DNA of 56,231 nucleotides, filler included, from Catajapyx aquilonaris (GCA_000934665.2; 2 parts of 2 records of this genome joined end to end with filler, not necessarily neighbours in it), one strand, 5' to 3'. Positions 28,229-39,763 are shown, numbered from the whole stretch's first letter. The notes: generated by a model from the sequence alone, not told the origin. Translations and numbers: made by a program.

Positions 28229-28299
28229 CATCTGACAGGATTTGAGAGTAGAAATAGTTATAATTTTGTGCAATAAAGTCTCTTATAACCAGTTTGTCG

Positions 28300-28661
28300 G
28301 GGGAGGTGTCGTGGCCGAGATGGTAACGTCTCGGCTTGCTGAGTGTAAGGCCCCAGGTTCGATCCCCGCCTGGGGAACTTTCCTTTCACCTGCGTCAGGA
28401 GGGTCTCTGACCTGCGCCAAGGAGGTGTCTGGCAACCTAACCTCCTGGGGAACAGCACATGACCCATGTTGTAGACATTTCACTTGCACCCGTGTTCCCT
28501 CCCCAAAAATCCCTATCCTTTCACAATGTCCTTGTTTCCCTGCACCAGAGTGAAGTTAACTTAGAAAATTGAGGCAAAATGGTGGTGTACCACCCCCCTA
28601 TAGAACCCATAAGGGTCATCACGGGGTACAATAAATAAATAAAAAATTAAAAAATTAAAAA
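28300..28661 (+). mobile_element. tRNA-derived SINE, family A
   Basis: Box A TGGCCGAGATGG, box B GGTTCGATCCC, A-rich tail, 15-bp TSD ATAACCAGTTTGTCG (28285-28299 / 28662-28676). Confidence 0.92.
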
Positions 28662-28854
28662 ATAACCAGTTTGTCGAAAATTGATATGAATTAAAAATCC
28701 ATATACTTGTAATACTTATAGCCCTATGCTGAATAAATTCCAGTGTATCGAGAGATAAAGAGTAATCTTGGTGGATCAAATAGGCTGTGAGACAATTGTC
28801 GAGAAGATGAGTGGGTGTAAATTGTTCTACCATATTACATTTTCCCCTTAAGAC

Positions 28855-29101
28855 GTAGTGTTACAATCAACCCCACCCCCTATTACAACCATCCCTATGA
28901 TGGGGTTGGTTGTAACACTCTACATTGACTTGGAGAAATATTTATAAATCAATTTTTAATCTTATGATTTTTTATAATGTTAATTTTACAAAGAGGAATG
29001 TTGCCTTATTTCTAACACGTCATAAACCTTTGCCTAAATCCATATGTAACTGAGTTTAAAAATCCAGACTAGAAAGTGTTACAACCGACCCCGATCTCCC
29101 C
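28855..29101. mobile_element. Truncated pogo-like MITE end
   Basis: Ends ...GTGTTACAACCGACCCCGATCTCCCC|TA. Related internal repeats TTACAATCAACCCC and GGGGTTGGTTGTAACAC. No opposite terminus found. Confidence 0.5.
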
Positions 29102-29329
29102 TACTCTAAAAATGGCTTGTCTAATTGACTGCACTCTCGATGACACATTACCTTATAGTGAACTGGGTTTTGCCACTGCCAGAAGTGCCATGCAGTGGTA
29201 AAATAAATTTGTAATGTTAAATTTGTTTCCCCTGTGCTCATAATGCAAACGTATTCTCCTGTCTGTATTTTCCTTAACTCTTTCACCGCCTCGGTGTTGC
29301 CGATACTGTAACACCGCTGACTTCATCGT

Positions 29330-29629
29330 TATTTTTGTTAAATTTATTATTTATATTTTTAGCTGTGATAGGGCAGAGCCCTCTTATGGGGGAAGGGGAG
29401 GTTCCCAAGGGAGGGCGCTGTAATTTTTAGTTATTTCTGACTTTGTGAAATACACCAGACCTTTTCTCCTGGCCCTGGGCAGAGTAGGGAGTGCAATTAT
29501 TCTGCCCTGGCATGTCGGGTGAAAAGCGGAAAAAGACCCGGCCAAGCAGAGGTGATGGGGACGGGATTTGAACCCTGGCCTCCCGTTTGGCTGGCCAGTG
29601 GCGTAACCACTAGACCACCATGCCTCCCC
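29330..29629 (-). mobile_element. tRNA-derived SINE, family B
   Basis: Minus-strand head GGGGAGGCATGGTGGTCTAGTGGTTACG (box A) and GGGTTCAAATCCC (box B). AT-rich tail. TSD TGACTT(C/A)ATCGT. Confidence 0.88.
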
Positions 29630-29912
29630 TGACTTAATCGTATTTAAAAAATTCAATATCTCACCAAGGCGATGTGTTAGCCCCAGGCTGCATATATCGT
29701 TCGAACCGCACTGAATCACTGCTCCTGCCAGATCTACTGCGCAGCTCCCATAGTCTAGGCTGTGCTTAGCATAATAGCTATAACCATTTCTACGCATCTA
29801 CTCGCGGATCGGAAAAAACGTAGCAGTGAAATTTACAGGTTCAAAGAACGATCCTAATTATGCAAAAGCTAGCTTAGATCCCGATCTAACTCATTTCTAA
29901 AGTCCCAGAATT

Positions 29913-30184
29913 AAGAGGGCGACACTGTGGCCAAGTGGTTAGTGCCGCAGCCTTCCACCTCTAAGGTCCCTAGTTCGATCCCCAGGTCGGACGGAGGATA
30001 CTTATGTGGATAGAGTTTCGATGGGTTCTCTCCATGTTCGTGTCACGGGTTTTCTTGGGGTTCTCCTGTTTCCTCCCACAATCAAAATCCTTCACAGCAC
30101 AGGCAAGGATTAAAGTCGGTTATTTAAAAGATGATCCCCTAAGAGGCCCAAGGAGGCCTATTATGGGGTAGCCATTATTATTAT
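29913..30184 (+). mobile_element. tRNA-derived SINE, family C (V-domain-like), copy 1
   Basis: Boxes A and B; central GGGTTTTCTTGGGGTTCTCCTGTTTCCTCCCAC resembles the V-SINE core; (ATT)n tail; TSD TAAAGTCC(C/T)AGAATT. Confidence 0.9.
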
Positions 30185-30239
30185 TAAAGTCCTAGAATTG
30201 AGGTAGAATTCATACAATCTTTATCACTGCACATAGAAC

Positions 30240-30310
30240 TCTCTCCAATATGGCCTCCGGAAGATGATGTCATCCGAAAAAGTCCGACAAAGCACTTGCG
30301 CATGTGATTT
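30240..30310 (+). promoter_or_regulatory. Putative housekeeping-type promoter of the ACBD5-like gene
   Basis: Clustered YY1-like AATATGGC, ETS CCGGAAG, CRE-like TGATGTCA and NRF1-like TGCGCATGTG, 110-170 bp upstream of ATG 30418. Confidence 0.45.
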
Positions 30311-30417
30311 TTGTGTTGAATTCTGCTTTTTTTGCTTGTGAATTTGCCGAAAACCGCATTCATTTATGATTTATAGATATTTTGCAAAAAAATCACAATT
30401 TTTGTCCAGATTTGTCC

Positions 30418-30462
30418 ATGGAGGAAGGACACGGCAGGGAGAAAGTTAAGAAATTAGCAAGG
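30418..30462 (+). CDS. ACBD5: Putative first coding exon of ACBD4/5-like gene (MEEGHGREKVKKLAR)
   Basis: ATG in CCATGG context just downstream of promoter-like motifs. Needs a phase-0 donor: non-canonical AGG|GCAAGA at 30462, or weak AAA|GTTAAG at 30444. Both match the phase-0 acceptor at 32687. Confidence 0.35.
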
Positions 30463-30720
30463 GCAAGAGGCATGAATTAGACCATAAATAGAAACCATCT
30501 GAGTGGAATTCCTAAGTTTGATAAATAGATTTTGCACCTTGCACAAGTAGTCAGGTGGAATTCCAATTTTGTGCCACCCCTTTCCTTGCATGTCTTACAA
30601 GATGTTGTAAAGGTGAAGTCCATATTTGGCCCATATACAGGGAACTGCCAATTTTATGGAGCTTAGTAGCAGGGTTGGCATGATTATAATCAATTGATTA
30701 TAATCATGATTATAATCAAC

Positions 30721-30855
30721 TGATTAATAATGAAAAATCATGATTATAATCAACTGATTAATAATGAAAAATCATGATTATAATCAACTGATTAATAATG
30801 AAAAATCATGATTATAATCAACTGATTAATAATGAAAAATCATGATTATAATCAC

Positions 30856-30893
<38 letters not shown>

Positions 30894-30910
30894 TAATAAT
30901 AATAATAATA
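30721..30910. repeat. 34-bp minisatellite (about 4 copies) followed by (AAT)n
   Basis: Unit TGATTAATAATGAAAAATCATGATTATAATCAAC at 30721, 30755, 30789 and 30823. (AAT)n at about 30857-30910. Confidence 0.92.
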
Positions 30911-30999
30911 AGCCCATGAGGTAACAGGTGTTATTTGATTCCACTAAAGAAGTTAAAATGTTGAAAGGCTAAAAAAATATCCTACCATAGTACCATGTA

Positions 31000-31446
31000 C
31001 AGTCAAACTTCGTTTAACATCGGGGATAGCCGGATAGGTTCGTGACTTCGTGTAAAGTGAAACATTATTACAGTAATCATTTAATCTGATGGGAATTGGG
31101 AAATAGGGGGATAGGTTCCTGGGGGACCAGGTTCGTCATACATTTGTCCTACCAATAATCACAAACTCACCAGTCAAAAAGTTAAAACGTAAAACTCTTG
31201 ACTCTTGACTTATTGTATATGTAGTAAAATACAGTTTAATTATCATAATCAGTACATGAGAACATGACAGAGCCACAGAGGTAGTACATCAGGCACTGCA
31301 GCTTTCTGCGTATTACAGATACATAGTGTACAATAATACTGTAAGTGTTACAGACTTACAGGTATGTACACAGGTACACTACTGAATAGTGTAGTCGGCT
31401 AGTTGCTCCCAAGTAAGCGGAATCTGTGTTAAACGAGGATTGACTG
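31000..31446. mobile_element. pogo/Tigger-like MITE nested in the hAT element
   Basis: TA|CAGTCAAACTTCGTTTAACA ... TGTTAAACGAGGATTGACTG|TA. Confidence 0.82.
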
Positions 31447-31667
31447 TATATTGTATAATGCACTTTCCTTGGAATGTAACATGTTTGACAATATTGACAT
31501 ACATTTATTGATTTTCTTCAAATCGCAGGTGGGGTTTTTATTAGGAAAATGAAATAAAGTGCTGTACTACAAATAATAACATTATTATCAAAATAATCCG
31601 ATTATAATCAAAATAATCAGATTATAATCAAAATAATCCAATTATTTGATTATTTTAAAATAATCAT

Positions 31668-31925
31668 AGGGCGACACGGTGGCCAAGCGGTTAGCGCCGC
31701 AGCCTTCCACCTCTAAGGTCCCGAGTTCGATCCCCGGGTCGGACGGAGGATACTTATGTGGATAGAGTTTCGATGGGTTCTCTCCGTGTTCGCGTGGGTT
31801 TTCTCGGGGCTCTCCCATTTCCTCCCACTATCAAAATCCATCACATTTCAGCAAATGATTAAAGTCGGGTTTTCAAAAGATGATCCCCTAAGAGGCCCAA
31901 GGGGCCTATCACGGGGTATCCATTA
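31668..31925 (+). mobile_element. tRNA-derived SINE, family C (V-domain-like), copy 2, nested in the hAT element
   Basis: Highly similar to 29913-30184. Core CGCGTGGGTTTTCTCGGGGCTCTCCCATTTCCTCCCAC. TSD TTATTTTAAAATAATCAT. Confidence 0.92.
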
Positions 31926-32686
31926 TTATTTTAAAATAATCATTGATTATTGCCAACCCTGCTTAGTAGGACATCTGGCTGCTGGTGTACTCATTGGCCC
32001 AATACAAGTCTACAATGTAGGGGTGAGAAATGCAGAGACATCAACCAGTAATGATCTAGACAACAACAAACACTTGCCTTGACACACTCAACAACCAAGA
32101 GTGCAACTGTTGGGAAGCAAAGTGATCTATGCATATTATTGCTTGGAGAATGGGACATGAGTGTGATAGCATATTGTTATTGCACATTAGGCAATGGTTT
32201 TTGTGATGTGTCCAGTATAGAAATTAGATTTACACATGGAAATCACAGAATGCACGCAGATCATTCTGCCTGCATAGTTGCATTGTTAGTTGCTGAACAT
32301 GTAGCCTATAGATGAAAGCAAATATTACCATCTTAAAAGTCATTCTCAGTTGATGCCTTAACATTTATCATCTCTACATTTTAGACTTGCATTGGGCCAT
32401 TGAGTGCATTGGCAACTGGATGTCCTGTTAGTAGGAAATACCCTGTGTAATAATGACATTACTCTTGAAGGGAAAGGCTGAGTAAGATGGTTACAAAACT
32501 TGTAGCTTATTGAGCCAATAGTTTGTACCCATGAAATAAGCACTCTTGTTACAAAATGTGTGGAATGATTTAGTAGTTCTCTCTTGTGTATAAAATTCAA
32601 ATGTTTATTGTATCTGACACATTTCTCATTCATTTTCTGTTGCTGTTGAATTGGTGTGCCTGACTCCTATGTTACAATCTTCTCAG

Positions 32687-32836
32687 GGAAAAATTAATTC
32701 CATCAACCACACCTTCAACGGCGAACTGAGTGATGTTGACAGGCCAGATAGCGAAGCTGGATTTGATGAGAATGGTGATTATCAAAGTGAATCTGGCTCA
32801 AGCGGAGATGAATACGCCGATGCATATATGCCCTTG
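32687..32836 (+). CDS. ACBD5: ACBD4/5-like exon with acidic tract and FFAT-like motif (GKINS...DYQSESGSSGDEYADAYMPL)
   Basis: TCTTCTCAG acceptor, TTG|GTAAGA donor, 150 nt, phase 0-0. The acidic/Ser run plus EYADA resembles the ACBD5 FFAT (SDSEVYCDS). Confidence 0.8.
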
Positions 32837-33088
32837 GTAAGAATTCTGCACTTAATTATTTTGTGTTGAATAATAACCATAGTAAAATTTGTGTCAAAGG
32901 GTAAGTTGTGTTACATCTTGGGGTTTTTTGAAATGTAAATGATATACAGTTGAATCCGGACATAACAGACTTCAAGGGACTGCGCGAAAAGGTATGGTAT
33001 AACAGAGGTCTGTTATAACCAAATTGCCACTTTTTCAACGAATACGCAAAGTTTTCTGCTTTCCACATGCTTATAATGCACACTACTG

Positions 33089-33411
33089 GGGAGACGGAGT
33101 GGCGCCGCGGTAACGCGCCCACGGAAGTTAAGGTCCCGGGTTCAATCCCCACCCGGGGTTCCCACCTTCTTTCGTGCAGAGTTGGGCCATCTCTGGCTTC
33201 GTTTCGGGTGGCAATTTCCGGCAGACTAAGCCACCCGGGGGAGTTCACAAAATGACGATTAGAGACATTGCACATCCCCTTCCACCCACCCTTGGAGCTT
33301 ACTAATTAAGATTCTTCTTAAACTCGCTCCAAAAACAATTCCAAAGGTGGCAACCCACCCCCCCCCTAAGGAGTAGTATAACTCCCCCCGTGGGGTAATG
33401 AAAAAAAAAAA
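33089..33411 (+). mobile_element. tRNA-derived SINE, family D, copy 1
   Basis: Head GGGAGACGGAGTGGCGCCGCGGTAAC, box B GGGTTCAATCCC, poly(A) tail, TSD AATGCACACTACTG. Lies just inside a Tigger-like left end starting at about 32947. Confidence 0.93.
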
Positions 33412-33529
33412 AATGCACACTACTGCATATTGATTAATAAAACTATCCACAAAAATGCAAAATTAGCTCACCCATAACTTAGGGAAGACCAAAAATAATC
33501 CTTCATTTTCTTCTGCCATCTCGTTATTG

Positions 33530-33808
33530 CTATATATACCAGAAAAATATGGTTTTGACCTTTTCTGAAAGTGTGAGATCAGTGACAGGTGGGAGAATCA
33601 CCCCCACTCCAGTATGCAATGATTTTTGGCCATGGATTTGCTTATTATCTGAGCTGAGATAGGAGGGAGCTCGCTCGGCGGCAGGAAAATGTCTTTGTTC
33701 GTTACCGTCCAAATAAATACATGAAGGTATGGTATTGGGCTGCACCTTTGAACACTGCTGTATTGTATGAGTCCCACAGAGGTTTGCAAGTTTGACACTC
33801 CAAATCAT
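33530..33808 (-). pseudogene. Highly decayed Tc1-like transposase fragment
   Basis: MIWSV...SSDNKQIH...LPPVTDLTLSEKV loosely parallels the Tc1 motifs MIWG...QQDNARPH...WPxxSPDLNPIEN. Confidence 0.3.
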
Positions 33809-34982
33809 TAGTATAGGGTGCGTACGGGAATTTTTGTAATTTTTAGTAACGAACCAAAGCTTTTGGATGACTGATTAGTTACTGAAACTGACGCACACAG
33901 AGATCACCCTCTGACAATTTAAGCACATCAATCGAAAGAGGACATCAAGCTGCATCCAACAGACATGCTTGAGAAGTGATCGAATGAATGGCAATGCTTA
34001 CAGAGGCGCCAAAAGCTACTCGTGTCCCCAGACACCAAAAGCAGCTGGTGGCAAAGAACAGCAACACTGGGGAATTTTAAGGTTGGCATTGTTTAGTAGA
34101 GATGTTGAGCATCTGATTGGTGTGATCAAACGCGGTATTCAACGAAAAAAATAATCGTCGCTTCATGTCCCTTCTATCGCAAAATTGCCAAATAATAAAG
34201 TTTGTTTGTTTTTGGGCTCCATTTTTGTGCTTTTCTTTTTGTGCTCGAAAATTATGCCGGTGGAAACAGGCCCTTAGTGTCCTTACTTTTTTGTATTATT
34301 TTGTTCCCGAGCATCATTTCTGATCAAAGCCATACATACAGGGTGTTTGTTACTAGTATGACCAACAGCCGTCAGTGTATTCCTTAGGTCAAAACAAGTC
34401 AAAAATGTAGGGAGGAGAAATGTCGAGATACCAACCATTAACATGAAAGATGACCAGAAACATTGGCCAGTAGTTGTCTAGGGAGCAGGATATGAGCGTT
34501 ATAATTGTGACTGTAGGGATTTGTGAGATTGCCTCTTTCACAGAAGTGATAATCACCGCTCATATCCTGCTCCTTAGGAAACCACTGGTCGTCTACTATG
34601 TTAACGGTTGGTCCCTCGTCATTTCTCCCCCCTTCATTTGCGACTTGTTTTGGCTCAAGGAATATGCTGACGGCCATTGGCCACACTAGTAAGAAACATC
34701 TTGTATTGTTGGGATAGCACCACGTTAACCCTTTGCGGCATAGCATTTGCACAGTGCAAACACATGGAATTTTTTTTTCCCGCCGTAACGGATGGTGTTT
34801 GCAAAATAAAAACACTATGGATGTCTGCTAGCTACTGCCCTCTATTAGGGAGAAACTCTAAACTGCCAAAGAATAAGCAGCTCTGCTGGCTCCGGCCCAT
34901 TGTAATGGCGCGATAGGTGTCTCTCAAGTCTGAAATTATAGGACTTTCCTATTACATTGTTGTAATGTATGGTTACCATATA

Positions 34983-36118
34983 CAGGGTGGTCGGAAAGTA
35001 ACTCTCTATTAGAAACATGTCATAACTTTGTCAAATATTGCTCGATTTTCATGAAACAAGTTTGATTTTGTAACTACTTACAATGGGAGAATTAAAACGG
35101 CTGCCCACCAGATGGCAGGATCAGTCATCCAAGCAGTCAAAATGGCACATTGCCTTAGCGTGCGTGGGAGTTGCTCTCGCCACTTCCTGGCCCCTTCCTC
35201 CTTCGAAATACGATGACTGGAGAGCTGTATCTTTCCATGCTGCAAGGTCAGGTATGGCCAATCATCACACAATGGGATAACGTCAGCCATATCTTCATGC
35301 AAGATGATGCACCCCCATATTTTGTATTGACTGTCCATGCGCTGCTGGATAAACAATTGCCAGGTTGTAGGGTGGTCCAGAATAATGGCCAGCACAAAAT
35401 CCTGACCTTAAGCACTATGACTTTTTCTGGTGAGGTTAGGCAAAGGAGGGCATGTACCGCACCAAACCGCAAAATTTGGATCAACTTGAGAGCATTGGAG
35501 ATGTCCTGGGCAAAGTACACTGCCAGGATTATGTGCATATACGTAAGCCTGTCGCGTGCATACCGAATCACCTACAGAAATTGACAGAAAACTCTGGTTC
35601 CTATGTGTAATTTGGGGGGGAGACGAAGTGGCGCTGCGGTAACGTATGCGCCCACGGATGTTAAGGTCCCGGGTTCGATCCCAGCCCGGGGACACCCCCT
35701 TCATCTCGTGCAGAGTTGAGCGGCCGTCTCTGGCTTCGTCTTGGGTGGTATTTCCTAAGACTAAACCACCCGGGGGAGTTCACAAAACAACCACGGATAA
35801 GACATCGCACTGCACTTTGCACATCCCCTCCTGTCATCCTGCCCGTGGGCCCGGGCGCTTCGTTAAAGGTTCCGATGTATGAAATTGTACTATAAAGAAT
35901 AAATAAAGGTCTGTGCAGATACCCTGAGGGTGAGCACTACCCCCACAATTATTAATTATTATTATTATCATTATTATTATTATTATTATATGTAATTTGA
36001 AGTTAGCAGACATATTCTCCAATTTCAAGTTACAAAATAAAACTTGTTTCATGACAATTGAGCAATATTTGACAGTTATTACATGTTTCTAATAGGGAGT
36101 TACTTTCTGACCACCCTG
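34983..36118 (+). mobile_element. Tc1/mariner element (rosa/DD41D-like) with long TIRs and decayed transposase
   Basis: TIRs of about 95 bp: TA|CAGGGTGGTCGGAAAGTAACT ... AGTTACTTTCTGACCACCCTG|TA. Internal GPFLLRNTMTGELYLSML...IFMQDDAPPY and frameshifted WPAQNPDLKHYDFFW (compare WPPRSPDLxPxDFFLWG). Confidence 0.88.
35615..35990 (+). mobile_element. SINE with family D head/body but a different 3' tail, nested in the Tc1/mariner element
   Basis: The first ~210 bp are homologous to the 33089 copy, then unrelated sequence ending in (ATT)n. TSD TGTAATTTG. Confidence 0.88.
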
Positions 36119-36171
36119 TATGTCATAGCCGCATAGCGAAATTGGGCACTTACCGAACGTCTACTCACATT

Positions 36172-36701
36172 CAGCGCTGGATTTACGGCAAGGCAACCTA
36201 GGCAGTTGCCTAGGGTGGCAGATTTTAAGGGGCGGCAAATTTAGGCATACAAAAATAAGTAAACGAAAAATTAATAATAAATAATTACGCGACTGGAAGC
36301 AGCACCGGATTTACCATTGGCAGAACAGGCAATTGCCTAGGGGCGGCCTAGGGGCGGCCGCAAGTTGCAATAAATATTTTTCAAGTAGGCTAAAAATATA
36401 GAAAATAAAGACCAAATAGCCAAATTTAAAAATTTAAACAATTCGTCGGGGGGTTCCCAGCGCCGGATTTGCCACTAGGCAGAAAACCCTAATGCTGGCA
36501 GCCCTGCAGCGGCAGCCATAAGTTGAAGGAGTTGAAATGTAATTTTTTATATAAAATGAAATGAATTGAATTGAAGCAGAGAACTTGACAAAAAAATTTG
36601 CATTTTTACGTGCCATNNNNNNNNNNNNNNNNNNNNNNNNNGGGGGGGGAGGGAGGGATCTCAACTGCCTAGGGACGGCCGAGGGGGTAAATCCGGCACT
36701 G
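36172..36701. mobile_element. hAT-like MITE with internal repeats (contains a small N gap)
   Basis: TIR CAGCGCTGGATTTA / TAAATCCGGCACTG, perfect 8-bp TSD CTCACATT. The terminal motif recurs internally at about 36300 and 36458. Confidence 0.85.
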
Positions 36702-37165
36702 CTCACATTGGACACATGCTGTAGTGCGATCTCCCGTGAAGAATGACAGCAAGTTCCAGGTAGACACTACCTTTATATCTCCCCTAGGATCCCTTAGGAT
36801 ATAAAAATTATTTTCACATAATATGATCTGAAAGGTGAGATGTGCAGCAACTTTGTATATAAAATTCGTTCCAATATATCAATTACTCTGGTTTGCTCTT
36901 AAGAAAAACCTCAATAAGTGGCACAATCTCACCCCGTTTGATGGTATATTTGGGATAGTTGGGAAATTGAGCACTATATGTGGTAAAGCGTTAAAAACGG
37001 GAACTGCTGTAAGCATGAAAATTTACCATTGGGCATTATAGGGGTGAATCAAGGGACTGGGAAATAGGGGTGTCAAAAGCAGGAAAGCATTTTATGCGGG
37101 AGCGTAATATCGACATTTTACTGTATGTGGCTTCTAACCTTGTAAAGGTATTTCATGTTCTTTAA

Positions 37166-38221
37166 CCCTAATAAGACAGGCGGTTTTTTCGCGTTTTTGC
37201 AAGAATCTGCAAAAAATTGCTTGTGTTGTCAGTTGAGGGACCACACGTGACTAATCTAGTGAGTAACATCGTGTAGTGTCTAGGCTTGATCCTGAGGCCA
37301 TTTATGGGACACTCTTCCCATGCCATGCAGAGATTTAAATTCTTGAAAGTCTCAACAGATGCTGCAAGGGTGCGTTTTGCGCTATGTATTTTTTCTCCAA
37401 TATTTTGTCACTCCTGCGCTGACAAGAAGTATATGTGTATGTAGCCCTGGCACTGCTGAACAGACCAGTATGCATGAATAATACGTCACATGACGAGAAT
37501 CCGAGCTACAGAGAGAAACATACACCCCCGCCAGAGTAAAAAAAATGCTTCGCTCCACAGCTGTTCAAAAGCCATGCCGGGCATGCGCCCCTGCATCTTG
37601 GAGAAGGCCAGGCAGGAGTTGCGCAGTGGCCTGCCAGCCACTAATTGGCATTTACGAACATTATTGATTTATTTCAAAACTATTGAATTATATTTTGGAC
37701 TAATTTTTGTATGGAATCTCTTGAGGACGTTTGGGGGCAACTCTGTGCCAAAATTTGCCGGCTGAGGTCATAATTTCTTTGAAGGGATAGTTTTTTTTTC
37801 ATCGGCTGCGAAAAGTTGATGTCATTCAAGTTAATCTGGTTTATTTATGGGCAATTCCATGGCGCAGCCGTCCGTACGTAACGCAAGTGTTGTCTACGTG
37901 CACCAGAGTATTTTATTATAACAATGCCAGGATGCATGCACTGCATGCTTAATCCATTTCATGTAATGTGTGGATATTGTTACAATAAAATACGCTAGTA
38001 CATGTCTGCAAAACCTGCGTTACGTACGGACAACATGGCCGCCTTTCGTGGAATTGCCCTTATGCAAGATTTTGTAGTCCAAAATTCGCGCTTTTTTTCA
38101 AGAGAGAATATTTAAAAAACCACTCAGAAACTACGTTACATTGTGGAAAAACGCTATAGTTTCGCCAGGAGAATTGTTTAAAGTTGCTGTACCATATATG
38201 GTACGCCCGTCCTATAAGGGG
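37166..38221. mobile_element. piggyBac-like non-autonomous element
   Basis: TTAA|CCCTAATAAGACAGGCG ... CGCCCGTCCTATAAGGGG|TTAT (imperfect TIR, TTAA-like TSD). Confidence 0.6.
37848..38060. mobile_element. PIF/Harbinger-like MITE nested in the piggyBac-like element
   Basis: GGGCAATTCCA...TCCGTACGTAACGCA is mirrored by TGCGTTACGTACGGA...TGGAATTGCCC. TA-rich flanks. Confidence 0.7.
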
Positions 38222-38264
38222 TTATTTATTATTGATGTGGCTGACCCCTCCTGAATTATTACAG

Positions 38265-38352
38265 GCTCCACAAGAAGATCTATATCAAGTTCCTATGGTC
38301 CCCTTGGTACCTGTTTACACTGAGCAAAGGATTGTCTGTAACGGCCAAATTG
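38265..38352 (+). CDS. ACBD5: ACBD4/5-like exon (APQEDLYQVPMVPLVPVYTEQRIVCNGQI)
   Basis: TTACAG acceptor, TTG|GTGAGT donor, phase 0 to 1. A 58-nt intron joins it in frame to the next exon. Confidence 0.78.
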
Positions 38353-38410
38353 GTGAGTTCCGTTGTATTTTGCACATGAAGATGAAGCAACTGACATCAT
38401 TTACTTTCAG

Positions 38411-38589
38411 TGACGGCTGGGATGGGTTCATATGGTGGCCATGAGGATGTAACTAAACAGATTTACACCATGGTGGAGCGGCTGAATGAAGATATGGAAA
38501 ACATAGTCAAACGACTTTTCTCTCTAGAAGCAAAGTTGGCTCAGACCGATGCTCTGATCAAAGGATCTCGTGGTACCCATAATCTAAAG
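38411..38589 (+). CDS. ACBD5: ACBD4/5-like coiled-coil exon (...QIYTMVERLNEDMENIVKRLFSLEAKL...)
   Basis: TTACTTTCAG acceptor, AAG|GTATGT donor. Matches the ACBD5 coiled coil as recalled (QIALVLMRLQEDMQNVLQRLQKLE). Confidence 0.9.
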
Positions 38590-38754
38590 GTATGTAGGTT
38601 CAAGCATTCTTGAATGACTCCAACCTTACTAGTGTGACCTACTCAGCCATTCTACCATAAAGCTGCATCTGCAGTGTTGCTTTTTTTGATAGGACTGGAG
38701 TACTTACTGGGTGTCTCCCATTCGAAACTCAAACATTATTTTTCGGTTTAACTA

Positions 38755-39612
38755 CAGTGGAGCATCGATTTTCCGAACACCGATCAACCAAACGTTTTCG
38801 GGTCAGCAAAAAAACACGAGCCTCGGCTCCCAAGCAAAATAAATTGACCTTTTTTTCCCCCTAAACTGTAGGACTACTTCATGTAAGGACAGTGAGGTAT
38901 ATGTACAATATTTTTAAGGCGTGCCTCTGACAGAAAATATACAGTTTTGTGGTTAAAGGGACACTCCACTCAAAATACAAGTTGATCTGTAAAAATCAGG
39001 CCAAAAATCCTGATTCCGGTGATACCATCCGTTTATCTCTGAGACGAACGGTAATGTCAGGGGAAGAGACGAAAGTCGGAAAAAAATTCGAGAGTGGCTC
39101 CGCCTGGCCACCTGGCCAAGTTAGGCGACGTTGGATAGAGCGCCGCCCTTCCCAACGGGCACGAGGGGAAGTTGGCTTCGGACACAACCAGATCCCCGCG
39201 TGTCCCCACGGATCCCCATACCCGCAGGCAACTTATCAAAGTCGCCGTTGGGAAGGGTGGCGCTACTATCCACGTCACCCTCAAAGGGTGGCGTCGCCAC
39301 CTGCGCCGGGCGTTTGAGCGCGGTTTTCGAACGACACACTTCCAGCTTTCGCCCTGGCCTTACCGTTCGTCTTTCAGAAAAACTGCTTATACCTTCGGAG
39401 TCAGGATTTTTTGCCCGATTTTTAGAGCCCAACTTGTATTTTGAGTGGAGTGTCCCTTTAATATCACTGTTTCTTAGTTTCATATGGCTCCTATGACACC
39501 GGTACAATTTTTTTCCGTAAATGATCTGTTATCCGAACAATCAGTTATCCGAACAATCAGTTATCCGAACACACCCTTGGCAGACTCTGTTCGGATAATC
39601 GATGCTCCACTG
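38755..39612. mobile_element. pogo/Tigger-like MITE
   Basis: TA|CAGTGGAGCATCGATT...AATCGATGCTCCACTG|TA. Subterminal 16-bp repeats GTTATCCGAACAATCA. Confidence 0.88.
38957..39457. mobile_element. Kolobok-like MITE nested in the Tigger-like MITE
   Basis: TTAA|AGGGACACTCCACTCAAAATACAAGTTG ... CAACTTGTATTTTGAGTGGAGTGTCCCT|TTAA; TIRs of about 100 bp. Confidence 0.88.
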
Positions 39613-39763
39613 TATTTAATTACACAACAATTCAGCATTATCCTGAATGAATAATAACAGCAGTATGTTCATAATCTTCTAGCAAGCGATATGTGACATA
39701 AATATGTGGTATCATTTTCTTAATCAGGAGAATGGGCTTTATGGAGTAAAACTAGTTTTCCTA

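Larger units (their letters stand above)
30670..31961. mobile_element. hAT-like non-autonomous transposon carrying nested insertions
   Basis: TIR CAGGGTTGGCA / TGCCAACCCTG, perfect 8-bp TSD CTTAGTAG, subterminal GATTATAATC repeats at both ends. Confidence 0.88.

Noticed and set aside
28300..28376. tRNA-like sequences here and at the heads of the other SINEs
   Set aside because: Each continues into a SINE body with tail and TSD and lacks a complete cloverleaf; these are SINE heads, not tRNA genes.
30721..30853. Regular 34-bp repeats as a possible CRISPR array
   Set aside because: Head-to-tail repeats without unique spacers, eukaryotic context, no cas genes.
38949..39507. Cluster of overlapping 90-128 aa ORFs on both strands
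   Set aside because: They lie within a GC-rich Kolobok-like MITE with long TIRs and are non-coding.
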